DNA of 64,000 nucleotides from Pseudomonadota bacterium (GTDB lineage Bacteria; Desulfobacterota; Desulfobacteria; Desulfobacterales; RPRI01), in the NCBI GenBank assembly GCA_043825875.1, contig JBDRRF010000024.1, forward strand, positions 1 to 64,000, given 5' to 3'. The notes beneath the pieces were generated by a model that was not told the DNA's origin, searched no databases, and saw only the letters and a list, made by a program, of their open reading frames with translations. A program made the position numbers and the translations under genes. Of the stretch, positions 40,290-50,673 are shown piece after piece; position 1 is the stretch's first letter, and every line of letters begins with the position of its first letter.

Positions 40290-40398
40290 CTAGTAAAAGT
40301 AAAAATTGGGATACGTTAAAGACGCTTTTTTTAAAGTTTGAAAGTAAAACTGCTAAAGGATTCTCATAAAGCTGTAATTAAAGAAGTGGAATTTATAA

Positions 40399-40950
40399 AT
40401 GTACCAAAAAATAAAAGATATAATAAAAAATATGATGATTCCAAAGCGCACTCTTTTATTTATGGGGGTGTGTCTTTCGGCAATATTAATAATAATATTG
40501 ATAGGGATAATTCCTAATTGGATCTCCCTTAAAAGGCTTGACTGCAAAGCCACCGATTTAAAAATACAATTTGAGGAGAAAAAACAAATTTATCCCATAT
40601 ATAGTATTTTGAAAAATAATGATCATCAAAATTATCAAATGGCCCTGCCTTTTCCGGTAAAAAACAAGCTTTTGCGGGAATCAATCGGTTTGTTTCCTGT
40701 CACCCTGAAAAGTATTGCCAAAGAAGCGGGAATGGATGCGATATCAATTTCCCCGGATATTAATCTGCTTTCCTCCGGCTCCAAAATTATTTTTGTTAAT
40801 GCAGTATTAAGGGGGGATTTTTTAAGTTTTCGCAAGTTATTAATAGGCCTTGGTAAAGTACCTTATTCAGAGTCTGTGGAAGAGATACGGATTGAGCAAA
40901 AAATAGATGCCATGGAATTTATACTGAAAATCCGACTGGCTCTCGCATAA
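40399..40950 (+). CDS. PilO-like pilus assembly protein
   Basis: N-terminal TM, coiled coil, LRGDFLSFRKLL; operon position. Confidence 0.7.
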   Translation: MYQKIKDIIKNMMIPKRTLLFMGVCLSAILIIILIGIIPNWISLKRLDCKATDLKIQFEEKKQIYPIYSILKNNDHQNYQMALPFPVKNKLLRESIGLFPVTLKSIAKEAGMDAISISPDINLLSSGSKIIFVNAVLRGDFLSFRKLLIGLGKVPYSESVEEIRIEQKIDAMEFILKIRLALA

Positions 40951-40959
40951 AAAACCGTA

Positions 40960-41101
40960 GAGCCACTTTCAAAACGTTTCAGTTTGGTCAAGCTCAAGGC
41001 GGGCGAAAATTTCAACCACAGGAATACATTAAGTATTTCGAGGATTGAAATTTAAGCCCAACGCAGAGATCGGCCAAAATGGGGCGTTTTGAAACTGGCT
41101 C
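40960..41101 (-). mobile_element. Hairpin MITE (142 bp)
   Basis: Reverse orientation; perfect 4-bp target duplication CGTA. Confidence 0.92.
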
Positions 41102-41118
41102 CGTAGATTAGAGGATTT

Positions 41119-41625
41119 ATGGGAAACCTGACAAGACAGCAAATCATAATACTTTCAATAACGGTTATTGTAGCATTATACGGTATTTATGACCGAATAA
41201 TAGTTCCACGAACAAAATCCGTTTCTTTGGAAAAGGAAAAAAAATCTACGGAACTGGAAACTTTTATATCTGATATTACGGCAAAAATAACAAAAGGACC
41301 TATTACTGCTGCCGATAACCGTGCTATAAATCTTGCAGAGACTAAATGGAAGCAGGATCCGTTTTTAGATCAGAAATCATTTCATGCTTGGGTTAAGTTT
41401 AACAAACCTGATGCCGGCAATATTTCAAAATCAGAACCGGTCTTCAGTTATTCCGGATATATTAGTATGGGCAGGAAAAAAATGGCCATTATTAACGGTA
41501 TTGAGTACGAATCCGGAGAACCTTTGGATTCGGAAGGATATATTCTGGAAAAAATCTATCCGGAAAAGGCAGTAATTGTAAACAAAAATAACCTGTCAAG
41601 AATTGAAGTTTCTTTACAGGAATAG
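41119..41625 (+). CDS. PilP/MshK-like pilus assembly protein
   Basis: TM, WKQDPF, SGYI...MAIING...ILEKIYPEKAVI. Confidence 0.7.
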   Translation: MGNLTRQQIIILSITVIVALYGIYDRIIVPRTKSVSLEKEKKSTELETFISDITAKITKGPITAADNRAINLAETKWKQDPFLDQKSFHAWVKFNKPDAGNISKSEPVFSYSGYISMGRKKMAIINGIEYESGEPLDSEGYILEKIYPEKAVIVNKNNLSRIEVSLQE

Positions 41626-41664
41626 CCTAATCAGCCTCATAATGCAAAGATTGGGGGGGGAACT

Positions 41665-43254
41665 TTGACTGATAAAAATGATTATAAAATTAAGTGGGCT
41701 CTGGGAGCCGTCATTATTCTTCTGGTTGCAATAACAGGTTGTGCCGAAGATGTGGCATTAAAAAAAGACTCCTTTTTCGAAAAATGGGAAACTATGGCCC
41801 AGACATCTAAAGGCCATTCCCCGGCTACTGAACTTAAAAACTTCGAAGTTTCGGAAATAGAACAGAAAAAGAAAATGAATACGGCTGATGTGGAAAATAC
41901 GCCTTCTGCAAAACGTCTTCCTGCTAATAAAATAAGTCTTAAGATGCGTCAGGCAGATGTGAATGCGATTCTTCGGGCTATGGCCAAGACCGAGGGGTTG
42001 AACATATTAATTAAAAACGAAGTAAAAGGTGAGATCACCATTGATTTTACTGAAGTTCCATGGGATCAGGCTTTTTTGAGCATCTTGCGAAACCAGGGTT
42101 TGGATTATGTTTGGGAAGGCGATATTATAAGAGTCATGACAATAGAGGATCTACAGGAGGATTTAAAGAAAAAAACTCAGCAGATGGGCATCAATCAAGT
42201 GGCGCCTCTTGTATCCAGGATAGTAAATATAAATTATGCCGATGCCAAGGGTCTTAAGGAGAATCTTGTAGAGTTTCTGACCAAAGACAAAGACGGCAAG
42301 CCAAGGGGTTCGATTCGGGTTGATGAGCATAATAATGCCTTAATTATTCAGGCCATAAAAGAAGATATAAAAAAGATTATGCCGATAATTGGAAAAATTG
42401 ACAAGCCAACTCCTCAAATTCTGATTAAGGCAAACATAGTTGAAACAACACAGGATACTGCCCGTGAGCTTGGTATCCAGTGGGGAGGTATGTACAATCC
42501 TCGCCTGGGTAATCATGATTTGTGGGTAAATCCTGGCGGTTCTACGACTGCAACTACTCCAACAAATCCGATTTCAGGAAGTTATGCGCCTTCCTATGGT
42601 TCAAATGGTCTGAGCAGTCAGGGTTTTGGTGTCAATTTTCCGGCATCTATGTCGGATACAGCATCAAGTTCTCTGGGCCTTATGTTCGGTACCATTGGTG
42701 GAAATATCCTTGAAATGCAGTTAAGTGCTCTTCAGAACGATGGGAAATTAAATATCCTGTCAAGCCCGTCTATCACAACTCTTGACAACCAGACAGCCTA
42801 TACGGAAAACGGAGAGCGAATCCCATATGTTACTGAAGAATCAAGCTCAACTGGTTCAATTACAAAATCGGTAAAATTCGAAGATGTTGTGCTGCGTCTG
42901 GAAATAAAGCCCCATGTAATTGACAGTAGAAATCTTAAAATGGAAGTTCTTGTAAAAAAGAATGAAGTTGACAACACAAGAAATGTGCTGGGGAATCCTT
43001 ATATAATAAAAAAGGAAACAAAAACTACTCTGATTGTACAAGATGGTGAAACTATTGTTATCTCAGGCCTTACAAAACAGAAGAAACAGGATTCGAATAA
43101 TAGGGTGCCCGTATTAAGCGATATGCCTTTGATAGGACGGCTGTTTAAAGGAACCAGCAAAAGCGAATCAATGGAAGAAGTCCTCATATTCATAACTCCT
43201 ACAATATTGCCTGTTCAAACAGCTTATTCAGTATCGGAGAATAAAAATAATTAA
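41665..43254 (+). CDS. pilQ: Type IV pilus secretin (lipoprotein)
   Basis: ITGC lipobox, VPWDQAF, QILIKANIVE, LSSPSITTLDN, VPVLSDMPLIGRLF. Confidence 0.92.
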   Translation: MTDKNDYKIKWALGAVIILLVAITGCAEDVALKKDSFFEKWETMAQTSKGHSPATELKNFEVSEIEQKKKMNTADVENTPSAKRLPANKISLKMRQADVNAILRAMAKTEGLNILIKNEVKGEITIDFTEVPWDQAFLSILRNQGLDYVWEGDIIRVMTIEDLQEDLKKKTQQMGINQVAPLVSRIVNINYADAKGLKENLVEFLTKDKDGKPRGSIRVDEHNNALIIQAIKEDIKKIMPIIGKIDKPTPQILIKANIVETTQDTARELGIQWGGMYNPRLGNHDLWVNPGGSTTATTPTNPISGSYAPSYGSNGLSSQGFGVNFPASMSDTASSSLGLMFGTIGGNILEMQLSALQNDGKLNILSSPSITTLDNQTAYTENGERIPYVTEESSSTGSITKSVKFEDVVLRLEIKPHVIDSRNLKMEVLVKKNEVDNTRNVLGNPYIIKKETKTTLIVQDGETIVISGLTKQKKQDSNNRVPVLSDMPLIGRLFKGTSKSESMEEVLIFITPTILPVQTAYSVSENKNN

Positions 43255-43275
43255 CTCTTTTATGCAAAAGTAATT

Positions 43276-44910
43276 ATGGATTATTTCAGGATTTTAAATT
43301 TAAATAAGGAGCCTTTTTCAAACTCTCCTGAGCCGGAATTTTTCTTTCAATCCATGAAGCATTTAGGCTGTCTGCAAAAAATAGAACTTGCAGTGCGCCT
43401 CCGCCGGGGATTGAATGTAGTTCTCGGTGATGTAGGGACTGGAAAAACAACTCTTTGCAGGCAACTTATATTAAAATTTTCCGAATCCGAAGATGACAGC
43501 AATGATATCCAAACGCACCTTCTTATGGACCCTGGCTTTACAAGCTCTATTGAATTTTTGTCTGCAATAGCACAATCTTTTGGGATATCTTTGGCAAGTA
43601 ATTTTGAAAGCGAATGGCAGTTTAAAGAAAATATAAAAAAATATCTTCTGCAAAAAGGAGTTGATGAGGCCAAAACAGTAGTTCTTATTATTGACGAAGG
43701 CCAAAAATTGCCGGATTTTTGTATCGAAATACTTCGGGAATTTCTCAATTATGAAACCAATGAATATAAACTGCTACAGATTATAATATTTGCACAAAAA
43801 GAATTTGAGCAGACTTTAAAAAAATATAAAAATTTTGCAGACAGAGTTAATCTTTATTATTATTTAAAGCCATTAAATTTAAGAGAAACTTTTGGCATGG
43901 TCAGATACCGAATTGCTAAAGCCGGCGATACGGTAAAGACGCCTTCTTTGTTTACCTATAGTGGTTTATGGGCGCTGTATTTTGCTACAAAAGGGTATCC
44001 GCGCAAAATTGTAACACTTTGCCATCAGGTTATGCTTGCATTAATTATTCAGAATCGTTCAAAAGCCGGCTGGTTTGAGGTCCGTTCCTGTGCAGGAAGG
44101 GTTTCTGTAATAAATAAAAAAGGTTTCGGACGGTCTATAGCGGCAACTATTGTTTTATTTGCAATTATTCTCATATCGGCTTTATTTTTCATAGATACAT
44201 CCGATATAAAGCCTTTGAAAAAGATATTGGAAATAGCAGAATATAACAAAATCATTCCGGCCAAAGAGATATCGAGCAAAGCAGAATATAATAAAATTAT
44301 TCCTCTTATTCCTGTTGTTCAGGCAGAAGCTATTACAATGGATTTGACTGAGAATACACCAACTAAAGAAACGATAGCGTCAATTCCACTGCAAATTCCG
44401 GGTCCGGAAAAAACTATGCCGGATCTTATCGGAAGGCTGACAATTAAAGACGGTGAAATAGTTTGGCGAATCATGGAAGATATTTACGGAGAATTTAGCA
44501 ACGAAGTATTTCAGAAAGTTGTACTTGCTAATTCCCATATTAAAAATCTTAATAAAATTATGACCGGAGAGGTTTTGAACCTTCCGGCTATTCCTGCCGA
44601 ATCAAATCCCCTGCCATCGGGAAAATATCTTGTGAGAGTGGCAGCTGATGAAGATCTCCGGAATATTTATGAGTTATTCAAGAGTTATAAAGAATTGCTG
44701 CCTTCTTTAGAGTTTCTTCCATACTGGAATAAAAGCGAAGGTATGGTTTTTGCTGTTTTTTTAAAGGATGGCTATGAAAATATGGAATCAGCTAAAACCA
44801 TAATAGACAAACTGCCTTACGCCATTGCATCAAATGCAAAAATTTTCGAAAAATTGGATGACGGCACATTGTTTTTTTTGCAGAGGTATCAGGAAAGGGC
44901 TAATAAATAA
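43276..44910 (+). CDS. ExeA/MshM-like AAA ATPase with TM and a LysM-like C-terminal region
   Basis: EPFSNSP, GDVGTGKT, IIDEGQ, GYPRKI; NSHIKNLNKIMTGEVLNLP. Confidence 0.85.
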   Translation: MDYFRILNLNKEPFSNSPEPEFFFQSMKHLGCLQKIELAVRLRRGLNVVLGDVGTGKTTLCRQLILKFSESEDDSNDIQTHLLMDPGFTSSIEFLSAIAQSFGISLASNFESEWQFKENIKKYLLQKGVDEAKTVVLIIDEGQKLPDFCIEILREFLNYETNEYKLLQIIIFAQKEFEQTLKKYKNFADRVNLYYYLKPLNLRETFGMVRYRIAKAGDTVKTPSLFTYSGLWALYFATKGYPRKIVTLCHQVMLALIIQNRSKAGWFEVRSCAGRVSVINKKGFGRSIAATIVLFAIILISALFFIDTSDIKPLKKILEIAEYNKIIPAKEISSKAEYNKIIPLIPVVQAEAITMDLTENTPTKETIASIPLQIPGPEKTMPDLIGRLTIKDGEIVWRIMEDIYGEFSNEVFQKVVLANSHIKNLNKIMTGEVLNLPAIPAESNPLPSGKYLVRVAADEDLRNIYELFKSYKELLPSLEFLPYWNKSEGMVFAVFLKDGYENMESAKTIIDKLPYAIASNAKIFEKLDDGTLFFLQRYQERANK

Positions 44911-44911
44911 A

Positions 44912-46624
44912 GTGACCATAATTTCTAAAAAGAAGCTGGGACAAATCCTTGTAGATGAAAAACTGATTACAGAAGAGCAGCTTAAAACCGCTCTTGCCGA
45001 ACAGAAGAACAATAAATTGAAATTGGGGCAGTTTCTTATCAGGCGTGGAATAATTACCGAAGACCAGATGGTTGATCTTCTGGGCAGGCAGTTAAATATA
45101 AAAAAGTATCATCCGGATATTTATGCTCTTGATCTTGAATTGTCGCAGCTTATCTCCATAGAGCATGCCCAGAAATACCGGCTGGTTCCGTTAAATAAAA
45201 AGGGGCGTCTTCTATCTATCGCAATGCTTGATCCGCTTGATATAAATGCCATAGATTTTATTGAGTCAACGACTAATTGTGAAGTTGAAGTAGTAATTTG
45301 TACCGAGCGTGAATTTAATAATTTAATAAGCGGACTTTATGGAATCCAGTCGGGTATCAGCGGCATACTGGAAAATATTAATGTTGAAACCAAACTGGTT
45401 GCCGAAAAAGAGGAAGAGGAAGTTTCTCAGGATTTGCAACTGGCTTATCTTCAGGATATGGCCGGAGAGGCCCCGGTTATCAGAATTGTTAATTCCATTT
45501 TTGTGCAGGCCATCCGCGAAGGTGCCAGTGACATCCATATCAGTCCGCAGCAGGATAATATTCAGGTACGTTTTCGTATAGACGGCAAACTGCATGAAGT
45601 GCCATCTCCTGTGAAATCAATGTTTTTGCCCATTGCAGCCAGAGTAAAGATACTTTCCAATGTGGATGTAACCGTAACAAGAGTACCACAGGACGGACGA
45701 TTTACTCTTCGGATGGAAAATAAAGAAATCAATGTGCGCGCATCTTTTATACCTACAATTTATGGTGAAAATATAGTATTGCGCCTTTTAGATACCAGCG
45801 CGGGTATTTATTCTCTGGATCGCCTTGGTATGAACAAGGAGGATACCGAGAAAATACGGTCTGCTATCAGCAAGCCTTATGGAATGATTTTAAGCACCGG
45901 TCCCACAGGAAGCGGTAAAAGCACAAGCGTTTATTCCCTGCTTAGTGAACTCAACAGCCCGGACAGAAATATTATGACTCTTGAAGACCCTGTCGAGTAT
46001 CGTATCCAAAATATAAGACAGGTTCAGTTAAACACTAAAGCTGGAATGACATTTGCCAGCGGCCTCCGTTCGATCCTGCGTCAGGATCCTGACATAATTA
46101 TGGTTGGAGAGATCAGGGATGCGGAAACATCGGCAATCGCAGTGCAAGCCGCCCAGACCGGTCATCTGGTATTAAGCACGGTTCATACAAATAATTCCGT
46201 AGGAGCGATTACACGATTTATTGATATGGGTATAGAACCATTCCTTCTGTCTTCAACTCTTCTGTTATGCATTGCCCAGCGGCTGGTCAGAACCGTTTGC
46301 CCTTATTGCAGGGAGTCATATAATCCGCCGGAAAAAGTGCTTGCATCCTGGGGTGTTAAAAATTGGGATTCGGCTAATTTTCAGCGCGGTAAAGGATGCA
46401 ACCAGTGCTTGAATACCGGATACAAAGGACGAACAGGTATATATGAAGTTCTGATTTGCGATGAACTTGTGCGCGATATGATTGTTAATAAAAAGCCGGC
46501 GCATGAAATTACCCTTAAATGCATAGAGGCAGGAACATTAAAAACTTTGCAATATGATGCCGGGGAAAAGGCTCTTAAGGGAATAACAACTCTTGAAGAA
46601 GCCGGCTCGGCGGTAATGATGTAA
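44912..46624 (+). CDS. PilB/MshE/GspE assembly ATPase
   Basis: N-terminal KLGQILV...LGQFLI (MshEN-like), GPTGSGKS, LRQDPD, CxxC...CxxC; GTG start just after the previous stop. Confidence 0.93.
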   Translation: MTIISKKKLGQILVDEKLITEEQLKTALAEQKNNKLKLGQFLIRRGIITEDQMVDLLGRQLNIKKYHPDIYALDLELSQLISIEHAQKYRLVPLNKKGRLLSIAMLDPLDINAIDFIESTTNCEVEVVICTEREFNNLISGLYGIQSGISGILENINVETKLVAEKEEEEVSQDLQLAYLQDMAGEAPVIRIVNSIFVQAIREGASDIHISPQQDNIQVRFRIDGKLHEVPSPVKSMFLPIAARVKILSNVDVTVTRVPQDGRFTLRMENKEINVRASFIPTIYGENIVLRLLDTSAGIYSLDRLGMNKEDTEKIRSAISKPYGMILSTGPTGSGKSTSVYSLLSELNSPDRNIMTLEDPVEYRIQNIRQVQLNTKAGMTFASGLRSILRQDPDIIMVGEIRDAETSAIAVQAAQTGHLVLSTVHTNNSVGAITRFIDMGIEPFLLSSTLLLCIAQRLVRTVCPYCRESYNPPEKVLASWGVKNWDSANFQRGKGCNQCLNTGYKGRTGIYEVLICDELVRDMIVNKKPAHEITLKCIEAGTLKTLQYDAGEKALKGITTLEEAGSAVMM

Positions 46625-46634
46625 TGGTATAATT

Positions 46635-47852
46635 ATGTCAAATTATTCATATCAGGCTATAGACGCAAGAGGAGCTGTTGTTAAGGGTGATATAGAGGCT
46701 AACTCTTCCGATGAAGCGGCAAATATCATAGCTGATAAGGGCTATATCCCTTATGAGCTGAAAGAAAAGAAACTAAAAGCTGCCGAATCAGGCCTTATGC
46801 TAAGAATCAATCGCAGGGTTAAACTATCTGATTTAATAATATTTACCAAGCAGTTTCGGTCTTTGTTCAAGGCGGGGGTTCCTCTTGTAAGAATTTTCCA
46901 GGTTCTTGAAGCTCAAACTCAAAGCGATGCTTTAAAATATGCAATAGCTTCAATTTTACAAAATATAAGGGAAGGAGTTGCTTTATCCGTTGCCATGGGC
47001 AACCATGAAAAAATCTTTTCGCCTTTATATTGCAGTATGGTAAGAGCAGGAGAGATGAGCGGAACTCTTCCGGAAGCTCTTGAACGTCTTATTTACATGA
47101 TTGAACATGAAGGAAAAATCAAGTCGGATATTAAATCGGCCCTTCAGTATCCTATTATGGTTACCATAGCCTTGACCGGTGCTTTTTTCTTTCTTTTAAA
47201 CTTTGTTGTTCCAAGTTTTGCAAATAATTTTTCTAAGGCAGGAATTGATCTCCCACTGCCGACCCAAATAGCAATTACGCTTCATCATTTTGTATCAGAC
47301 TACTGGTTTTTAATATTAGGTTGCATTATTGTGGTAATTTTTGCACTCTGGATCTGGCTTAAAACAGAAAACGGAAAGTATATAAAAGATTCTCTTATCT
47401 TAAGAATACCGGTAATTGGTCCGCTGTTCATAAAAGCCGCTATGTCACGTTTTGCAAGTATCTTTGGGATGTTACAATCAAGCGGCGTGCCTGTAATGAG
47501 TACTATGAAGATTTTGTCGGGAGTAATTGGCAATGCGGCCATTTCACGGGAATTTGATCGTGTGCGCGATTATATGGGCGAAGGGCAGGGAATAGCCGTT
47601 ACTTTGCAATCCGCACAATATTTCACGCCAATGGTTATTGACATGGTTGCTATAGGGGAGGAAACAGGAAATCTTGAAGAAATGCTTCATGAGGTATCAC
47701 AGCATTATGATGAAGAGGTCTCTTATGCAGTCAAGGGGCTCTCGGAATTTATAGGGCCTATTCTAATTGTAGGTCTTGCGGCTGTTGTAGGATTTTTTGC
47801 ACTCGCCATATTCATGCCTATGTGGGATATGACAAAGATGGTACAGCACTGA
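46635..47852 (+). CDS. PilC/MshG/GspF platform protein
   Basis: AGEMSGTL, ALQYP, IGEETGNL, AIFMPMW. Confidence 0.93.
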   Translation: MSNYSYQAIDARGAVVKGDIEANSSDEAANIIADKGYIPYELKEKKLKAAESGLMLRINRRVKLSDLIIFTKQFRSLFKAGVPLVRIFQVLEAQTQSDALKYAIASILQNIREGVALSVAMGNHEKIFSPLYCSMVRAGEMSGTLPEALERLIYMIEHEGKIKSDIKSALQYPIMVTIALTGAFFFLLNFVVPSFANNFSKAGIDLPLPTQIAITLHHFVSDYWFLILGCIIVVIFALWIWLKTENGKYIKDSLILRIPVIGPLFIKAAMSRFASIFGMLQSSGVPVMSTMKILSGVIGNAAISREFDRVRDYMGEGQGIAVTLQSAQYFTPMVIDMVAIGEETGNLEEMLHEVSQHYDEEVSYAVKGLSEFIGPILIVGLAAVVGFFALAIFMPMWDMTKMVQH

Positions 47853-47853
47853 T

Positions 47854-49191
47854 ATGAAAAAGAAAAATTTTCAAGTTAGTTTATACCTTTTAGTACCGTT
47901 TACACTGAGCGGACTTTCACTTTTGTGTGTAATTTTAACAGGCCACATTGTACATAAATATGATGTAGAGGTTTACCTTACTTCAGTATTTATATTATGG
48001 GAGACTCTAATCTTTATTATCACTTTTATGGTAAGTATGTTGATTACCTGGCTTTTATTAAGACCTGTTGCCAATTTTATTAAAAAGGCGGAAAAACTTC
48101 CTGTTTTCCCCAAGTCATCAATAAAAAGAGATTCCGGAACAAAAGATGTTTTGGAACATTACACTCAGGTATTTGATCAGATTACAAATATTTTGGGTAA
48201 AGTTGAAGCTAAAGAACTGTTTCCCAAAATTGTTGGCCAGAGTAAAGTAATGAGAGGGATTTTTACTCAGCTTTTAAAAGTTGCGCCAACGGATTCCACT
48301 GTTCTTATTTTAGGTGAAAGCGGTACCGGTAAAGAACTTTTAGCTGAAAGCATATTTGAACACAGCCTTCGCAATAAAAGTCCGTTTATCAAAATTAATT
48401 GTGTTGCAATACCGGAAAATTTACTTGAAAGTGAACTTTTCGGTCATGAAAAAGGTGCTTTTACCGGTGCAACATCCCAGAAAATCGGTAAATTTGAAAT
48501 TGCCGATGGTGGCACAGTGTTTCTTGATGAAATCGGTGATATGCCGCTTTCTACTCAGGCTAAGATATTGCGCATTTTGCAGGAAAAAGAGTTGCAGAGA
48601 GTTGGAAGCACCAAAACAATAAATGTTGATATCCGGTTTGTTGTGGCAACAAATAAGGATCTTCCTGAAATGGTAAAGAAAGGGCTGTTTAGGGAAGACC
48701 TGTATTACCGGATTAATGTTTTTTTGATACGATTACCTTCGTTAAGAGAAAGAAAAGAGGATATACCTTATCTATCGGAGACATTTCTTGAAAATAATGC
48801 AAAATCGGTAACACTTTCAAGCAAGGCACTTCAATTGATGACTGCATACAATTGGCCGGGAAATATTAGAGAGTTGAAAAATACAATAGAAAGAGCAGCC
48901 GTACTAACTGAAACCGATTTGATTGAACCGGTGCACCTTCCTTCAAGCATTACAAAAGATATTTCAGCAACCAATATTATAAATGAATTGGCTCCGGAAA
49001 ACATGTCTATAGACGACCGTCTCCACGAAATTGAAAAGGGATTAATCATTGAAGCTATAAACCGTACAGGGGGTGTTCAAATAAGAGCTGCTGAACTCTT
49101 GGGTATCAATCAGAGAAGTCTATGGCATCGTATAAAAAAGTATGAAATTGATGTTACAGCATTAAAACAATCTACAAAAAATGTAGATTAA
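47854..49191 (+). CDS. Membrane-anchored sigma54-dependent activator (no receiver domain)
   Basis: Two N-terminal TM segments; GESGTGKE, GAFTGA, WPGNIRELKN, HTH. Confidence 0.9.
   Translation: MKKKNFQVSLYLLVPFTLSGLSLLCVILTGHIVHKYDVEVYLTSVFILWETLIFIITFMVSMLITWLLLRPVANFIKKAEKLPVFPKSSIKRDSGTKDVLEHYTQVFDQITNILGKVEAKELFPKIVGQSKVMRGIFTQLLKVAPTDSTVLILGESGTGKELLAESIFEHSLRNKSPFIKINCVAIPENLLESELFGHEKGAFTGATSQKIGKFEIADGGTVFLDEIGDMPLSTQAKILRILQEKELQRVGSTKTINVDIRFVVATNKDLPEMVKKGLFREDLYYRINVFLIRLPSLRERKEDIPYLSETFLENNAKSVTLSSKALQLMTAYNWPGNIRELKNTIERAAVLTETDLIEPVHLPSSITKDISATNIINELAPENMSIDDRLHEIEKGLIIEAINRTGGVQIRAAELLGINQRSLWHRIKKYEIDVTALKQSTKNVD
49169..49189. promoter_or_regulatory. Candidate upstream activator site within the activator's 3' end
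   Basis: AATCTACA-N5-TGTAGATT palindrome about 200 bp upstream of the sigma54 promoter. Confidence 0.55.
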
Positions 49192-49382
49192 GCGCAAAAA
49201 TATGTATAATTCTCCTTCTTAAGGGTTGGATGCTAATAAATTTGTTCATATTATTGTTGAAAAATATATCCTTTATTAGTTATTATCATTATATTGTATA
49301 TCAATCATTTAAACATAACAATATATATGAAATATAGTTTTTTTGCCCTTTGGCAAATGATATTTTTTAATAATCAGCTTAA

Positions 49383-49399
49383 TTGGCATAGGATGTGCT
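49383..49399 (+). promoter_or_regulatory. Sigma54 promoter of the major pilin
   Basis: TTGGCATAGGATGTGCT with GG-N10-GC spacing. Confidence 0.8.
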
Positions 49400-49506
49400 T
49401 TAAAAATTAGTCAGAGAATGAAATAAGTTAAAGAATAAGTTTTAAAAGGAGAAATGAAATGGGGGAAGTTTTAAAACGGGGGCAAAAAGCAGCAGGAGGT
49501 TTTAAT

Positions 49507-49959
49507 ATGAAAGCCAAAAATAAAATTACAAACACGATAAAAAACGAAGAAGGCTTTACACTGATTGAAATAATAGCCGTTCTCGTTATTTTGGGCATCT
49601 TGGCTGCAGTTGCAATTCCCAAATATCTGGATATGCGTACCGAGGCTATTACTAAATCAGCCGGTTCGGCCAATACCGAGTTGAATGCACGGGAACGTTT
49701 AAAACTGGCGGAATGGAAATTAAACGATGGTATAGGCGATTACCCCGGACCATTAGATTCTGCAGTTGTAGCGCCAACAGGGAAAACAATACAACCTGTT
49801 GATACAGCATTGGGCGATGATTGGAATGCTGGTGTAGCTATAGCATCGGGTGCGGCAGGCAAGTTTGCACATCAGGGGAAATTTATTACCTTTACTAGAA
49901 CACCACAACCCTCCTCGGATGAACCAGGGAGTTGGGTTGTAGTAGTAAGTGATAGCTAA
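49507..49959 (+). CDS. Major type IV pilin (MshA/PilA-like)
   Basis: EEG|FTLIEIIAVLVILGILAAVAIPKY; AGGAGG RBS; own promoter and downstream hairpin. Confidence 0.9.
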   Translation: MKAKNKITNTIKNEEGFTLIEIIAVLVILGILAAVAIPKYLDMRTEAITKSAGSANTELNARERLKLAEWKLNDGIGDYPGPLDSAVVAPTGKTIQPVDTALGDDWNAGVAIASGAAGKFAHQGKFITFTRTPQPSSDEPGSWVVVVSDS

Positions 49960-49985
49960 GTTTTTTACAACTCCGCAAAAAGCTG

Positions 49986-50009
49986 TAGCTCCGTTTAAAA
50001 CCGGAGCTA
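49986..50009. terminator. Hairpin after the major pilin
   Basis: TAGCTCCG...CGGAGCTA; no clear U tract. Confidence 0.45.
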
Positions 50010-50190
50010 ATGGTGGCAATATTATCTGAAGAAACAAGATTTCAGCTTTAGCTGAAATGAAAATAAATAATAACTTCAAGATAGTTAATTATGTAAAATT
50101 GGTGTAATGGATTACTATTCATTAATTTAAAAGAAAGATTTGTAAAGACTTAAAACAGATAGAATAGAAAAAAATTCAAGTATATTGTAT

Positions 50191-50272
50191 CCGTCATTCC
50201 GTCGACGATCTGAATCTAGTTATATCAATTGCTACCCGATTGTATAGATTCCGGTTTTCACCGGAGTGATGG
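50191..50272. repeat. Degenerate REP/RPE-like palindromic element
   Basis: CCGTCATTCCG...GAATCTA...TAGATTCCGG...CCGGAGTGATGG. Confidence 0.5.
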
Positions 50273-50366
50273 CTTTATACTAATTCGTAATAATTAGCCG
50301 TATGATTTAACCCCTTCACAACAACATCCATCCGTGACTATCGCAAACTTTTCGTATAATGATTCC

Positions 50367-50406
50367 TTGACAATGGCGCATAAAAGGCGTATTATCAGCG
50401 CATAAA
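50367..50406 (+). promoter_or_regulatory. Sigma70 promoter with operator repeats for the TA operon
   Basis: TTGACA-N17-TATTAT; GCGCATAAA/GCGTATTAT/GCGCATAAA at 11-bp spacing. Confidence 0.75.
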
Positions 50407-50421
50407 TCAGGAGGGATACTT

Positions 50422-50673
50422 ATGCCAAAAGGCAAAATAAATATTACCATGGACAGGGATTTAATCGAATATGCGAAGACTTATGCAGAAGAACAGCGGA
50501 CGACTGTTTCTGAAGTCTTCACGCAATTTGTCCTCAATGTGAAAAGAGTAAGGGAAGGTGATAATACTGAAATAATCATGGCAGATTCGGACTTCAGGGA
50601 CGGCCTTCTGGAAACGATATCAAGGGTTAGGACCGGGGATATTAAATGGCACCGTTATGATGAGGTGTTTTAG
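50422..50673 (+). CDS. Ribbon-helix-helix antitoxin
   Basis: KINITMDRDLIEYAKTYAEEQRTTVSEV; GGAGG RBS; overlaps the toxin start. Confidence 0.82.
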   Translation: MPKGKINITMDRDLIEYAKTYAEEQRTTVSEVFTQFVLNVKRVREGDNTEIIMADSDFRDGLLETISRVRTGDIKWHRYDEVF

